Below, piece after piece: positions 18,887-28,180 of a stretch of DNA of 64,000 bases. Each line of letters opens with the position of its first letter. Position 1 is the first letter of the stretch. Location of the stretch: contig JABFWL010000227.1 of the NCBI GenBank assembly GCA_013362315.1, positions 6,037 through 70,036 on the forward strand. Direction: 5' to 3'. The notes under the pieces are model-generated. The model worked only from the letters and a program-made list of their open reading frames with translations. It was not told the DNA's origin and made no database searches. This DNA is from Catenulispora sp. Its GTDB lineage: Bacteria; Actinomycetota; Actinomycetes; Streptomycetales; Catenulisporaceae. A program made the position numbers and the translations under genes.

Positions 18887-19590
18887 GGCCGGTCCTCCGG
18901 CTGGCCGTAGGCGCTGCCCGCGCGGGCGCTCACCGTGGCGTATGCCTTCCAGACGTCGCCGAACAGCCGGCTCTGCGCGCGACGGGCCAGGACGTCCAAG
19001 GCGGTGCCTTGCGTGCCGCTGCCGCCGGGGCCGATGAGGCGGGCGGCGAGATTGAAGTGCCGCCAGCGCCAGTCGCTGATGGCGGTGTCCAGATCGGTGA
19101 CCGCCGTGATCAGCCGGTGGGCGTCGACGGGCCGGGCGTGCTCGACGATCGCGACGAGGTCCAGCTGGTGACGGGCCAGGTATCGGTCCAGGGCAGCGGC
19201 CAGCGCCCGGCCGGTGGCCTCAGTGCGGTGCCAGCCGGGCGACTGCGCGGCCGAGCTGCGTCCGAGCTCGCGGCGGATGAGGTTGTAGTCGGCCAGGGTG
19301 AGAGTGGACAGCAGCTCCAGTGCGCTGCTGGCGATGCGTACGCCGAGGGCGGCCCGGCCGGTCATCCGCTCGGCGGCAAGCAGGTCATCGTGGTCGACGT
19401 GCGCTGCTGCCCGGCCGAGATCTTCCACCAGGCACGCCAACAGCAGTTCGATGACCTGATGAGTGGCTTGGAAGTGCAGCTCGTCCGGATGGGCGCGCAC
19501 ATGCGGCGGGCGCTGGAGCGACAGCAGCGTGCCGACGTGCATGTAGTCGCCGTACGGTGCGGACGGCGGGACAAGCGATGAACTGGGCAT
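18883..19590 (-). CDS. Tryptophan 2,3-dioxygenase-family protein (short form)
   Basis: YGDY...LLSLQ, HPDELHFQATHQ, QSPG and WR.RH...RLIG..GTQG motifs. Confidence 0.8.
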   Translation of the reverse strand: MPSSSLVPPSAPYGDYMHVGTLLSLQRPPHVRAHPDELHFQATHQVIELLLACLVEDLGRAAAHVDHDDLLAAERMTGRAALGVRIASSALELLSTLTLADYNLIRRELGRSSAAQSPGWHRTEATGRALAAALDRYLARHQLDLVAIVEHARPVDAHRLITAVTDLDTAISDWRWRHFNLAARLIGPGGSGTQGTALDVLARRAQSRLFGDVWKAYATVSARAGSAYGQPEDRP

Positions 19591-19646
19591 GAAGACTCCG
19601 GAGCGACGGGCCGCGAAGGACGCGGCGCGATGATTTAGAAGGCGGC

Positions 19647-19673
19647 GGCCCGCCCGGGGCGACCGGGCGGGCC
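19647..19673 (-). terminator. GC-rich hairpin between the secreted-protein genes and the TDO block
   Basis: GGCCCGCCCGG-n5-CCGGGCGGGCC. Confidence 0.5.
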
Positions 19674-19680
19674 ACGGTAG

Positions 19681-20130
19681 TCAGCCGCCGGGGTGCGAGA
19701 TCGTGTCGCAGCCCGTGACGGCCTTATGGCGCATCGCCAGGGCGGTCTGCGGGCCGTACACGCCGTCGACGACGAGGTAGGGGAAGCCGTGGTAGCGCAG
19801 GTACCGCTGGGTGCGGATAAGCGCCGCGCGGGTCCGCGGACCGTACGAGTTGTCCACCCGCAGCGTGGTCCCGATGACGCCCTTGTAGCAGCGGTTGAGT
19901 GACTGCTGGAGCGCGCCGACCGCGCTGGAGTGGGCGCCGTAGCCCATCCAGCAGCGCCAGGCGTTCCAGCTTTGCGCGATGTAGATGCGCTGCCCGGACG
20001 TGCTCATCCATGCGCCGTACCGGCAGTACGGCGTGGAGGAGGCGCTGGCCGGGCTGGCGACCGCCAGCAGCGACCCGGCCGCGAGGACCAGGCCGACGAG
20101 AGCGCGTACGAGGAAGCGGCGGCCCGTCAT
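19681..20130 (-). CDS. Secreted peptidoglycan-binding-domain protein
   Basis: Signal peptide; LQQSLN..VDNSYGPRT..Q and VDGVYGPQT motifs. Confidence 0.8.
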   Translation of the reverse strand: MTGRRFLVRALVGLVLAAGSLLAVASPASASSTPYCRYGAWMSTSGQRIYIAQSWNAWRCWMGYGAHSSAVGALQQSLNRCYKGVIGTTLRVDNSYGPRTRAALIRTQRYLRYHGFPYLVVDGVYGPQTALAMRHKAVTGCDTISHPGG

Positions 20131-20636
20131 TGCAGCACCGGTTCCTTGTAGTGCCAGCACCGGTAGCCGACGCCGGACCACGCTCCGGTGTGGTCCATGG
20201 TGTAGGCGGTGTTCGGCCCGTACACGCCGTCGACGGCGAGGTACGGGTTGCCGTGGCTGCGCTCGTACTTCTGGACCGCGATGACAGCTGCCTTGGTCTT
20301 GGCCCCGTAGCTGCCGTCGACGGTCAGCCGGGCGATGCCGAGATTGACGCCGCCCCAATCCGTCCTGGTGTAGCAGTTGTTGATGTCGGACTGGAGTTGC
20401 TTCACGCCGGCGTTGCTGCTGCCGTACGACAGCCAGCATCCCTGCGACCAGACCGAGTAGGTGCTGTTCCAGCCCGCCGGATACTGCTCCCAGTAGCCCG
20501 AGCCGTAGTAGGTGTACGAGCGGGTGCACTGCGGTGTGCTGCTCGCGGCGGCCGGCGACGCGAACGCGAACAGGCCGCCCGTGATCAGCGCGAACGCGGC
20601 GAGGATGCGGATCGTCATCGTCTTCATGCCGATCAC
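20127..20636 (-). CDS. Secreted peptidoglycan-binding-domain protein (paralogue of the neighbour)
   Basis: Signal peptide; VKQLQ..VDGSYGAKT and VDGVYGPNT motifs. Confidence 0.8.
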   Translation of the reverse strand: MIGMKTMTIRILAAFALITGGLFAFASPAAASSTPQCTRSYTYYGSGYWEQYPAGWNSTYSVWSQGCWLSYGSSNAGVKQLQSDINNCYTRTDWGGVNLGIARLTVDGSYGAKTKAAVIAVQKYERSHGNPYLAVDGVYGPNTAYTMDHTGAWSGVGYRCWHYKEPVLQ

Positions 20637-21193
20637 GCCGTCCACGACACGTTGAGACTGGTCCAGTAGTACGTGTCCACATACGCGTCGTTGATCAGCG
20701 GGTCGACGCCGATCGTGCCGTCGAGCTTGTCGTACGGCGCGTACAGCATCCGCCCGTTGTAGGTGCCCGACGCGAGGTTGGTGGTGTACCAGGTCCTCGT
20801 GACGTGCCTGCTGTAGAACTGGTTCGCCAACGTGAGCTCGACGCGCCCGAGCGAGCCGTCATCCCAGCGTGCGACCGGGATGCCCCGGGTCAGGTGCAGC
20901 CGGATCCACTGGTAGCCCCAGCACGAGCCGGAGTTGGACCAGCGCTGCTCCATCCAGCCGTAGTAGACCCCGCGCGAGTCGTAGACCGACTTCGTTCCGC
21001 CGACGCGGACGTTCGAGCCGCAGCCCGAGACGGCGCTCGGGTACTGGCCGTCGTAGCGGCCGGCGGGGTCGGCCGCGGATGCGGGCGTGGCGATCCCGAC
21101 CACTGCGACCAGCGCAGCGGCGGCGATGGCCAGCGCGTACCGTATGCCCCAGCGCCGGCCGGGGCTTGTGGTTGTTGCCTCAGAGGTGATCAT
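20633..21193 (-). CDS. Secreted protein (DUF2690-like, Cys pair)
   Basis: Signal peptide ending ASA; DGQYP..SGC and EQRWS..C..W motifs. Confidence 0.7.
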   Translation of the reverse strand: MITSEATTTSPGRRWGIRYALAIAAAALVAVVGIATPASAADPAGRYDGQYPSAVSGCGSNVRVGGTKSVYDSRGVYYGWMEQRWSNSGSCWGYQWIRLHLTRGIPVARWDDGSLGRVELTLANQFYSRHVTRTWYTTNLASGTYNGRMLYAPYDKLDGTIGVDPLINDAYVDTYYWTSLNVSWTA

Positions 21194-21322
21194 TACCCAC
21201 TCCCATGGGTGTGACAGGCGCCGGGACCTGGGGCTCGTCAGTGCGGCGCCTGTTGCGCTGCGAGCCCTACTGCCAGAGCGGGCCGGAATCCCGCCGAGGC
21301 AGAGCTTTAAGGACCTGGTGCG

Positions 21323-22597
21323 TTAGTGGCCGCTCGTCGCGGTCGGCGCGCTTACGTCCGGCGGAGGCCGGGACAACCAGGTGCGAAGGACGAGGCACGC
21401 CAGCCCGGTGACCAGGCCGACAACCGCCCCGGCGATCCACAACAGCGACGTGCCGCCGACTGCGATCAGCGCCGAGGCGACCAGCGGTGCGACCACGGCC
21501 GCGCTGCCCTGTGTGGAGCCCCAGCTGCCGAAGTAGCTGCCGCGCGCGTGCGCCGGAGCGAGGCCCGCGACGACGCCGGGTGCGACGGTGAGGAACAGCA
21601 CCTCTCCGCCGACCCAGATTGGCGTGGTCGCGGCGAACCACAACACGCTGTGGCCCATGCCCGTGATGGCCAGGCCAACACCGGTGATCGCAACGCCGAA
21701 AGCGCAGACCAGCAGCGCCGACGTGCGGGTGATCCAATGCTGGAGAAGCAGCTGCACCAGGGCCACAGCGAGCGGGTCGAGCGCCAGGATCGCCCCGAAC
21801 GCCAACGGCGACGCCCCCGCCTGGTTGATGACCAGCGGCAGCGTGACGACCGACTGCATGTGGACCAGATAGAACAGGCCGGTGATGACCGTGAACGCGA
21901 TCAGCCGCCGGTCGGCCATCGCCCGCAGCCGTCCAGGTTGACGCTGCGCCTGCGCAGTACTCGGGCCGCTGGGGAACGCGCGCCATACGGTCGCCGCGAA
22001 CCCGAGGTTGATCACAGCGTTGAGCAGGAACAGCGACCAGAAGGCGTGATCGGCGAGGAGCCCACCCAGCAGGCATGCCACTCCCCTGCCGACGTTCATG
22101 ACCAGGTAGAGCAGTGCAAGCGCCCGGCTCTGGTCGCTGCCACGCACGCTGTCGGTCATCAGGGCCTGGACGGCGGGCCGGTACAGGTCGAAGCTGAGCC
22201 CGACCAGTACCGCGGTGACCGCCAGCGTGCCGAAGGTGTGCGCCGCCCCGTACGCGAGGGCCGCGCCGGCCGACACGACGGCGCTGGCGATGATGACCGT
22301 GCGGCGGCCGAGGCGGTCGGCCAGGACTCCGCCGATCGGCTGCGAGACGGCCCAGCCGATACCGAACGCGGTCATCACGAGTGCGGCGGCGGTGCTACTC
22401 AGGTGCCTTTCGTGCGCCAGGTAGAACGCCCGGAATGGGATCACGACGAAGCCGATCCGCATGAACCCGACGCCGGCGAACAGTACCCAGAAGGAGCGCG
22501 GCAGCCCGCCGAAACGCCGGGCCAGCCAGCCGGAGGTTATCGGCTGCGCTGCTGGCTGCGGCACAGGCGGATGGTCGCGCCGGATGAGGGTTGTCAC
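21323..22597 (-). CDS. MFS transporter
   Basis: GGVLADRLGRR motif A; about 12 TM helices; GTGA overlap. Confidence 0.9.
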   Translation of the reverse strand: MTTLIRRDHPPVPQPAAQPITSGWLARRFGGLPRSFWVLFAGVGFMRIGFVVIPFRAFYLAHERHLSSTAAALVMTAFGIGWAVSQPIGGVLADRLGRRTVIIASAVVSAGAALAYGAAHTFGTLAVTAVLVGLSFDLYRPAVQALMTDSVRGSDQSRALALLYLVMNVGRGVACLLGGLLADHAFWSLFLLNAVINLGFAATVWRAFPSGPSTAQAQRQPGRLRAMADRRLIAFTVITGLFYLVHMQSVVTLPLVINQAGASPLAFGAILALDPLAVALVQLLLQHWITRTSALLVCAFGVAITGVGLAITGMGHSVLWFAATTPIWVGGEVLFLTVAPGVVAGLAPAHARGSYFGSWGSTQGSAAVVAPLVASALIAVGGTSLLWIAGAVVGLVTGLACLVLRTWLSRPPPDVSAPTATSGH

Positions 22598-23880
22598 CGG
22601 GCACCGGCCAGCTGCGGCTCGTCGACGCGGACTCGGTAGCGTTCGGCCGCGTCGTGCATCATGCCGAGGACCTGGCCGACGCTGTCGCCTTCCAGGTAGG
22701 TGTACCCCGCGAGGCCGCCCCACAGGCCACTGCCGGTACGGCCGCCCTGCTGACCGACCTTGACCGCCACAGTGGCGTCGATGACGCCAGGGTGCCCGAG
22801 CAACGCCTGCCGGTCCGCGATCGCCGTCACGATCCCGGCCGGGACCGCTGGCCCCGTCCAGCCCACGACCGGATGCGGCGCGCGGGTCGTCAGCTGCACA
22901 TCTGGCGTCTGGCCACAGGCGACCTGCGCCTGAATCGCGGGGACGTCGACGCCGTACGCGTGACCGATGGCCTGCTGGATGCCGCCGCCTCCCGGCCGGT
23001 ACGCGATCTCGCCGAGCAGCCAGCGGCCGCCCGCGGTGCGCAGGACCTCAGCGTGGGTGAAGCCGGTCATGATGCCCAGCGTCTTGGCTGCCCGGGTCGC
23101 CAGGTCGGAGACGATCCGGCTGTCGTGCGATCCGGTCGGCAACAGCACCGAGCCCAGCATTCCGCCCATGCCGCGCAGCGGCGGTGTGTGGTAGAGGCCC
23201 GGCAGCTGGTAGACCGGCTCGCCGTCGATCCACAGCCCGTCGCAGTGGTACTCGTGGACGATGTCGACGTACTCCTCCACGAGGATTCGCCCCTGGCGCG
23301 CCAACCCCACAAACGCGGGATCACCGGCGTAGTACGGGCTGGCGTCGAGGGGGATCTCGAACCGTCCGGCCGTCTGCGCGTCGGCGAGCTCGTCCGGCGA
23401 CCTGATCACGTGTGTGTTGGTCGACGCGAAGCCTCGCAGGGGCTTGACCACGATCGGCCAGCCGAGCTCGTCTGCCGCCGCGGCGACGTCGGGTACGTGC
23501 CGCACGATCCGGTGCTGGGCGACTGGCACGCCGCCCTGGTGCAGCCGGCTCTTCATGACGGCCTTGTCGACGTACCCGACCGCCTCATGCATCGTCTGGC
23601 CGGGCAGGTCGAGCAGATCACGGACGAACGCCGCCGGCACGATCGCGCCCTCCCAGCGGGTCGCCACGTGCTCGATCTGCCCGCGCAGGGAGGCGGCGAC
23701 GGCGGCGATCTCCGACCAGGCGTCCCAGTGGTTGATCGTCACGACTCGGTACGGCAGCTGCTCGGCCGGGCCGCGCAGCCGCGCGTGCGGCTCGGTCATG
23801 CACACGATCGCCTCCTGACCAGCGGCGATCAGACCGTTTTCGATTTGCGGCATGTGATTGGCGAACACGAGTGTGGCCAT
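22594..23880 (-). CDS. ATP-grasp amino acid ligase
   Basis: DKAVMK, WPIVVKP..G.AS, LVEEY, HAE and EIAYRPGG motifs; AAGGAGG RBS. Confidence 0.85.
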   Translation of the reverse strand: MATLVFANHMPQIENGLIAAGQEAIVCMTEPHARLRGPAEQLPYRVVTINHWDAWSEIAAVAASLRGQIEHVATRWEGAIVPAAFVRDLLDLPGQTMHEAVGYVDKAVMKSRLHQGGVPVAQHRIVRHVPDVAAAADELGWPIVVKPLRGFASTNTHVIRSPDELADAQTAGRFEIPLDASPYYAGDPAFVGLARQGRILVEEYVDIVHEYHCDGLWIDGEPVYQLPGLYHTPPLRGMGGMLGSVLLPTGSHDSRIVSDLATRAAKTLGIMTGFTHAEVLRTAGGRWLLGEIAYRPGGGGIQQAIGHAYGVDVPAIQAQVACGQTPDVQLTTRAPHPVVGWTGPAVPAGIVTAIADRQALLGHPGVIDATVAVKVGQQGGRTGSGLWGGLAGYTYLEGDSVGQVLGMMHDAAERYRVRVDEPQLAGAR

Positions 23881-24045
23881 GGCCGCTCCCTCCTTATTGG
23901 ACACAAGAAGAGACCGGCAGGCGGCCGGCCCCAGCCGAGCGACCCTGATCGCCAGGGTTCGGCGTACGCGGAGCGCGCGTCGGCCGGGCCGGGGGCTCGG
24001 TGCGCGGCTGCTTGTCGGGCTGGCCGGTGGTCGGCTTGATGAGGT

Positions 24046-24135
24046 TCACAACGACCACGACCCGTTCGCCGGCGGTGCACCGAAGTCCGCGTGGCTGTCT
24101 GCGGCGAACTGCACTGCGAGGTTCATGAAGGACAT
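24046..24135 (-). CDS. Possible 29-aa leader/precursor peptide MSFMNLAVQFAADSHADFGAPPANGSWSL
   Basis: Short ORF in the long leader of the ATP-grasp operon; weak RBS. Confidence 0.25.
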   Translation of the reverse strand: MSFMNLAVQFAADSHADFGAPPANGSWSL

Positions 24136-24420
24136 CCCTCGGTCATCCAGGAGGGACGTCAGACCGCCGTTCGACGACCGCACGCTCAGCAGTGAGTGGA
24201 AGTCCCCCGGTTCGTAGCCGCGCCGCGCGCGGAGTTTGTGTGTCTTGCGCCGTCCCGGTGGCAAATCGGGCGACCTGGCCCGGCAACGGGCGGGCGATGC
24301 AACGGCGACGACCCCTCACGCAGGGTGGAAAAGGGTGAAAGCAGCTCCCCGCGTGAGAGGCCAGGCCAGGGATGCGGTAGCCCTCGCATGGCCGCATCCC
24401 TGGTCCGCCGCCGGGCGTCC

Positions 24421-24461
24421 ATAATGACCATGACAGATTCCAACTGTCAATCCTGTTGGAA
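24421..24461 (-). promoter_or_regulatory. Putative promoter (TTGACA-18-CATTAT) with overlapping inverted repeats
   Basis: AT-rich island; TGACAG/CTGTCA and TTCCAAC/GTTGGAA pairs. Confidence 0.4.
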
Positions 24462-24528
24462 AAATCGTACTATGATCTAGGCGAATCTAGGTGGCTGGAC
24501 GACCCATCGTGGACAGTCAACTACCTGG

Positions 24529-24924
24529 TCAGAGCGGTTCCCGCAGTTTCACCTCGGCCGCAAACGCGCTATCCGCTTCGAGCAGGGCGCCAAACTGCTC
24601 CGCCGCCGCTGCTGGGTCCCGGCTGGTCAGCCGTTCGGCAGTCAGGCCGACAGTGCAGCCGGTGGCGTACAGGGGCCAGCCCAGATGCACGGCCGACCCG
24701 ATGTAGAGCTCGTCAATCACCAGCCGCAGCAGGTTCGTATCGACTTCGACCCGGGCAGTGGGATGGAGCGGAATCTGCACGAATCCATCCAAGGCGCGAC
24801 CGAAGGCCAGCGACCAGCGGGCGACGGCCGTGAATGGCGCTTCGACAATGAGGAGCAGGTCGTCGCTCAGCGGCCACCATGTTGGCGTCAGACGAACCAG
24901 CGGCACGGGCGATGGGACCGACAT
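24529..24924 (-). CDS. Hypothetical protein
   Basis: Protein-like C-terminal part of the 24529..25674 ORF; start uncertain. Confidence 0.4.
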   Translation of the reverse strand: MSVPSPVPLVRLTPTWWPLSDDLLLIVEAPFTAVARWSLAFGRALDGFVQIPLHPTARVEVDTNLLRLVIDELYIGSAVHLGWPLYATGCTVGLTAERLTSRDPAAAAEQFGALLEADSAFAAEVKLREPL

Positions 24925-25211
24925 TCGGGAGAACCGGGAATCGCGCGTGTCATCAACCTCCACCGAGCGACGCCTGCTGCCTTCCTGATCCCTACTGTTC
25001 TGCACCGCAACGTCCCCCCGTCGCATCCCACACGTCTTGATCTTTACGAATACGGTCCTTGTGGGGCTCCACGTCATGCCGGTTTCGGCTACGTCACGAG
25101 CCTGCCGGGTCACCCTCTGCGGAGCCAGAAACTGCCAGTACAGAAATCTGGAACTTCCACGGCTTTTCGCCAGATGGCCCAAACGCGACTCGCCCGAACG
25201 TCTGCACAGGA

Positions 25212-25802
25212 CTATCCGATCGCTGCCCACACAGCCGCGCCCGTGACCAGGCCAACGACCACACCAGCAGCGATTTGGGCGAGGTCGTGTGCACCGACCC
25301 GCACCCGAGCCCAGCAAACGGCGGCGACCGCGAGTGCCGCGATGGTGCCAGGCGGCCCGTAGAGGCCGACCAACGCCGCCGCCGCGGCGGTGATCGTCGC
25401 GGCGTGCGCAGAGAGCTTCCAAAGCAGGTTCGCCGCCGTTACCACGGCCCCCACAGCGCCGAGAACCGCGACGGCCGCTCGTACGGTCATTGGTGCGTTC
25501 AGCCGGGTGAGCAGACCCCATCCGACGGCGACGGCGAGGACCGACAGCGACAGCGGGATGGCCCGCTGCTCGCGTCGGTCGATGTGGTGGCTGCTGAGGC
25601 CGTACAGCCGAACCCCGGTCAGGATGATGGCCAAGGGCAGTGCTGCGGTGAAGACGACGGCCAGCAGCGCCCATCCCAGCCCGCGCCAGCCTGACGGCAG
25701 GCCGGCCAGGATGGGCAGCAGCACAGCGACCACTCCCGGGGCAAGCGCCTCGGAGATGATCCGGGCGGCCAGCGGCGGCGACGTGTCGGCGAGGGCGGTC
25801 AT
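25212..25802 (-). CDS. PAP2-like membrane protein
   Basis: WKLSAHAA and W.RV...H motifs; multiple TM helices; ATGA overlap. Confidence 0.7.
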   Translation of the reverse strand: MTALADTSPPLAARIISEALAPGVVAVLLPILAGLPSGWRGLGWALLAVVFTAALPLAIILTGVRLYGLSSHHIDRREQRAIPLSLSVLAVAVGWGLLTRLNAPMTVRAAVAVLGAVGAVVTAANLLWKLSAHAATITAAAAALVGLYGPPGTIAALAVAAVCWARVRVGAHDLAQIAAGVVVGLVTGAAVWAAIG

Positions 25803-27124
25803 ACCGGCTCCGGCGCGAGCGAGTGGTCGCGAGCGATCCGGATCCGCCGGCCTTCGGCGATGGCTTCCTCGGCCTCCGGACTGGGCGTCCAGCCGGTGTC
25901 GTCGGTCGATCGGTGCACCTCGGCCAGGACCGCGGCGGCGACCGGTCCGGAGAAGCCGTTCGACACCTTCAGCAGCCATTTGGCTTCCTGGGGCCAGTCC
26001 GGGAACGCTCCCGTCTTGATCTTGCCAGCGGGATCGGTGGTCTTCGGCGCAGCGAAGCCGCGAGTCTTGAGGTAGAGCGCCACCCTGACGACCGCGGCCT
26101 CCACGACCGCGTCGAACCGCTTGCCGGATACTCCGTGGCGCTGTGCGTACGCGGCGGCCAGGTCCTGGACCCGGCTGTCCATGTACGGGGTCAGTCGCAG
26201 GTAGACGTCGCGGATCTCGGTGATGCGCCGCGCCAGCTTCTGGTGCTGGCGGGCGAAGATGCACCCGAAGTTGTATGCCCATCGGCGAGCCGCCGTCTCG
26301 AGCAGGTGCTCCTGATGGTCATCGGTCAGCGCTGCCCAGAACGGGTGCATCAGGCAGCACTGGTATGCCCGGTACGAGCGCATGGCCCCGCCGACGAGGA
26401 TCGGCAGCGCGACCGCGAACAGCAGGCTGCCTGCGGCGACGGCCAGGCCGCCGAGATAGACCGGGTTCAGCTGGCCGGGAAGATCAGCGGCGCCGAGGTC
26501 GTCGGCTACGGCGATCACCAGACCGCTGAGGCCGTACACGAGGCCGCCGATGCCGGTGACGACCGTGAACCACAGGCCGATCCGGATGTGCACGACAGCG
26601 CGGTTGTAGCGAATGGCGGGCGTCATGGCGTACCGGGGCGCGTACCGCAGGATCTCGACGCAGGTCCATGTCATGTGCCCGAAGTAGAGCGCGAGGTAGA
26701 TACTGATGCCCAACTTCGTGGTGTTCTCGGCTTGCCACTTGTAGGGATTCTCGGCTGTTGGAGTCGAGAACAAGGCCACCGCCATGCCCGTGACGACGAT
26801 GGCCCAGATCGCGAGCCGCAGCTGCGTCGCCCGGCGGGCGCGCTGCCCGGTGTGGACCCAGTGGATCATCATGACCTGTGCGCCGACCGCGCCGGCGAGG
26901 CCGCAGCTGTTGGCGATCCAGCGGGCGGTGTTGTCGTAGCCGAAGAATGAGTCGATGCCGTTGTAGGCGGCGGGGGTGAGCAGGAGGAACGACGCGCACC
27001 CGAAGACGATCATGCACAGCTTGGAGATGCGGCCGGAGGTCCGGCTTTCCTTATTGCGTATCAGGTCGACGACGGCGACTGCGGAGCCAAGAAACAAGAC
27101 GATGGAAAAGACGATCGCGAACAT
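25799..27124 (-). CDS. MAB_1171c-like multi-TM protein with C-terminal soluble domain
   Basis: About 7 TM helices, then RRITEIRD..L.L.PY and EA.WL.V motifs. Confidence 0.75.
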   Translation of the reverse strand: MFAIVFSIVLFLGSAVAVVDLIRNKESRTSGRISKLCMIVFGCASFLLLTPAAYNGIDSFFGYDNTARWIANSCGLAGAVGAQVMMIHWVHTGQRARRATQLRLAIWAIVVTGMAVALFSTPTAENPYKWQAENTTKLGISIYLALYFGHMTWTCVEILRYAPRYAMTPAIRYNRAVVHIRIGLWFTVVTGIGGLVYGLSGLVIAVADDLGAADLPGQLNPVYLGGLAVAAGSLLFAVALPILVGGAMRSYRAYQCCLMHPFWAALTDDHQEHLLETAARRWAYNFGCIFARQHQKLARRITEIRDVYLRLTPYMDSRVQDLAAAYAQRHGVSGKRFDAVVEAAVVRVALYLKTRGFAAPKTTDPAGKIKTGAFPDWPQEAKWLLKVSNGFSGPVAAAVLAEVHRSTDDTGWTPSPEAEEAIAEGRRIRIARDHSLAPEPV

Positions 27125-27593
27125 GGGGGGTGGCCTTCCATGCGGTGTCGAAGGTGTCCAGGACGCGGCTGACGTCGGCTGGTACGTCGCGTGCCTGCTC
27201 GCCCAGCCGGGCTTGGGCCAGAATGGCTCCCGCCAGCAGCTCGGCCTCCTGTTCGGGCTGTCCGCCGTGGACCGCGCGGAGGGCGGCCGGGTCGGACAGC
27301 ATCGCGGGCGGCACGCCGAGATGGCCCATGAGGATGTGGGCGATCTCGTGCAAGACGAGATGGTCCCGGTGCAGGCGAGGGGCCTGGTCGGTGTAGACGA
27401 TGTGGTCTGCTGCGGCGTCGGCGAACCAGAAACTGCTCACCGCACCGTAAAGCGGCTGTGCGTACAGATGGATGGGACGCTGCCGCAGGGCGGCGATCTG
27501 CTCAACGAACGCGTCCAGAGACCACGGGTCAGGCGTTCCCAGCGACGCTGCCAGTTGTTCGCAGCGCCGCTGAATCACGGCAAGATCACTCAC
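27051..27593 (-). CDS. ImmA/IrrE-like HEXXH metalloprotein (regulator component)
   Basis: LHEIAHILMGH and EQEAELLA motifs. Confidence 0.75.
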   Translation of the reverse strand: MSDLAVIQRRCEQLAASLGTPDPWSLDAFVEQIAALRQRPIHLYAQPLYGAVSSFWFADAAADHIVYTDQAPRLHRDHLVLHEIAHILMGHLGVPPAMLSDPAALRAVHGGQPEQEAELLAGAILAQARLGEQARDVPADVSRVLDTFDTAWKATPHVRDRLFHRLVSWLRSRRRRPDTQ

Positions 27594-27628
27594 CGCACGT
27601 CCCCCGTGGAGTCACCGATCGGCCCTGG

Positions 27629-28003
27629 CTACAGGTTGTCCGGCTTGATCTCGCCGGAGACGATGCGGTTGATGATCTCCTGAACCCCCTTGAGGTCCTC
27701 GGGGTCCAGGCGCGAGGCGCGGAACGCGATCGCAGCCACTTCGGCTGGCTGCGAGCAGGCGAATCCGGCCACTGACGGTGGGATGAGGTAAGCAGGGTCG
27801 ACGTTGAAAAACTCGGCGATCCGTACGAGGACCTTGACATGCGGGTCGTCGGCCTTGCCCGTGGCGATGGCGTGGATATGGCCGTGGGTCGAGCCGGTGG
27901 CCGCGCCGATTTCGCGGTAGGTGTAGCGGCTGCCGTCTGGTTTGCGGCGGCTGTCGATGAGGTGTTGAAGCCTGCTGGCCAGGGTCGAGCTGTCGTCAGT
28001 CAT
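27629..28003 (-). CDS. XRE-family HTH regulator
   Basis: LASRL..L...YTYREI...IAEFFNVDPAYL. Confidence 0.8.
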   Translation of the reverse strand: MTDDSSTLASRLQHLIDSRRKPDGSRYTYREIGAATGSTHGHIHAIATGKADDPHVKVLVRIAEFFNVDPAYLIPPSVAGFACSQPAEVAAIAFRASRLDPEDLKGVQEIINRIVSGEIKPDNL

Positions 28004-28180
28004 ACATGTCCTTGAGCAGGAGTTCCGGGTTGCGCAGGGGGTGTATTCCTGATTAGACAGGAACGCGGATTTGTCTTCTGGGCTTGACACGTAACTGGTG
28101 GATCACTCTATGCTTGCGGCTCCGGTAGATCAACCCCGTTGAGTGTCAGCGTCCGGGGCAAGTCCGGTGGAGGTTGGTGT

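Noticed and set aside
16512-19590. Canonical kynA-kynB-kynU catabolic operon
   Set aside because: No formamidase is present, and both oxygenases and the PLP enzyme are divergent, so no gene symbols were assigned.
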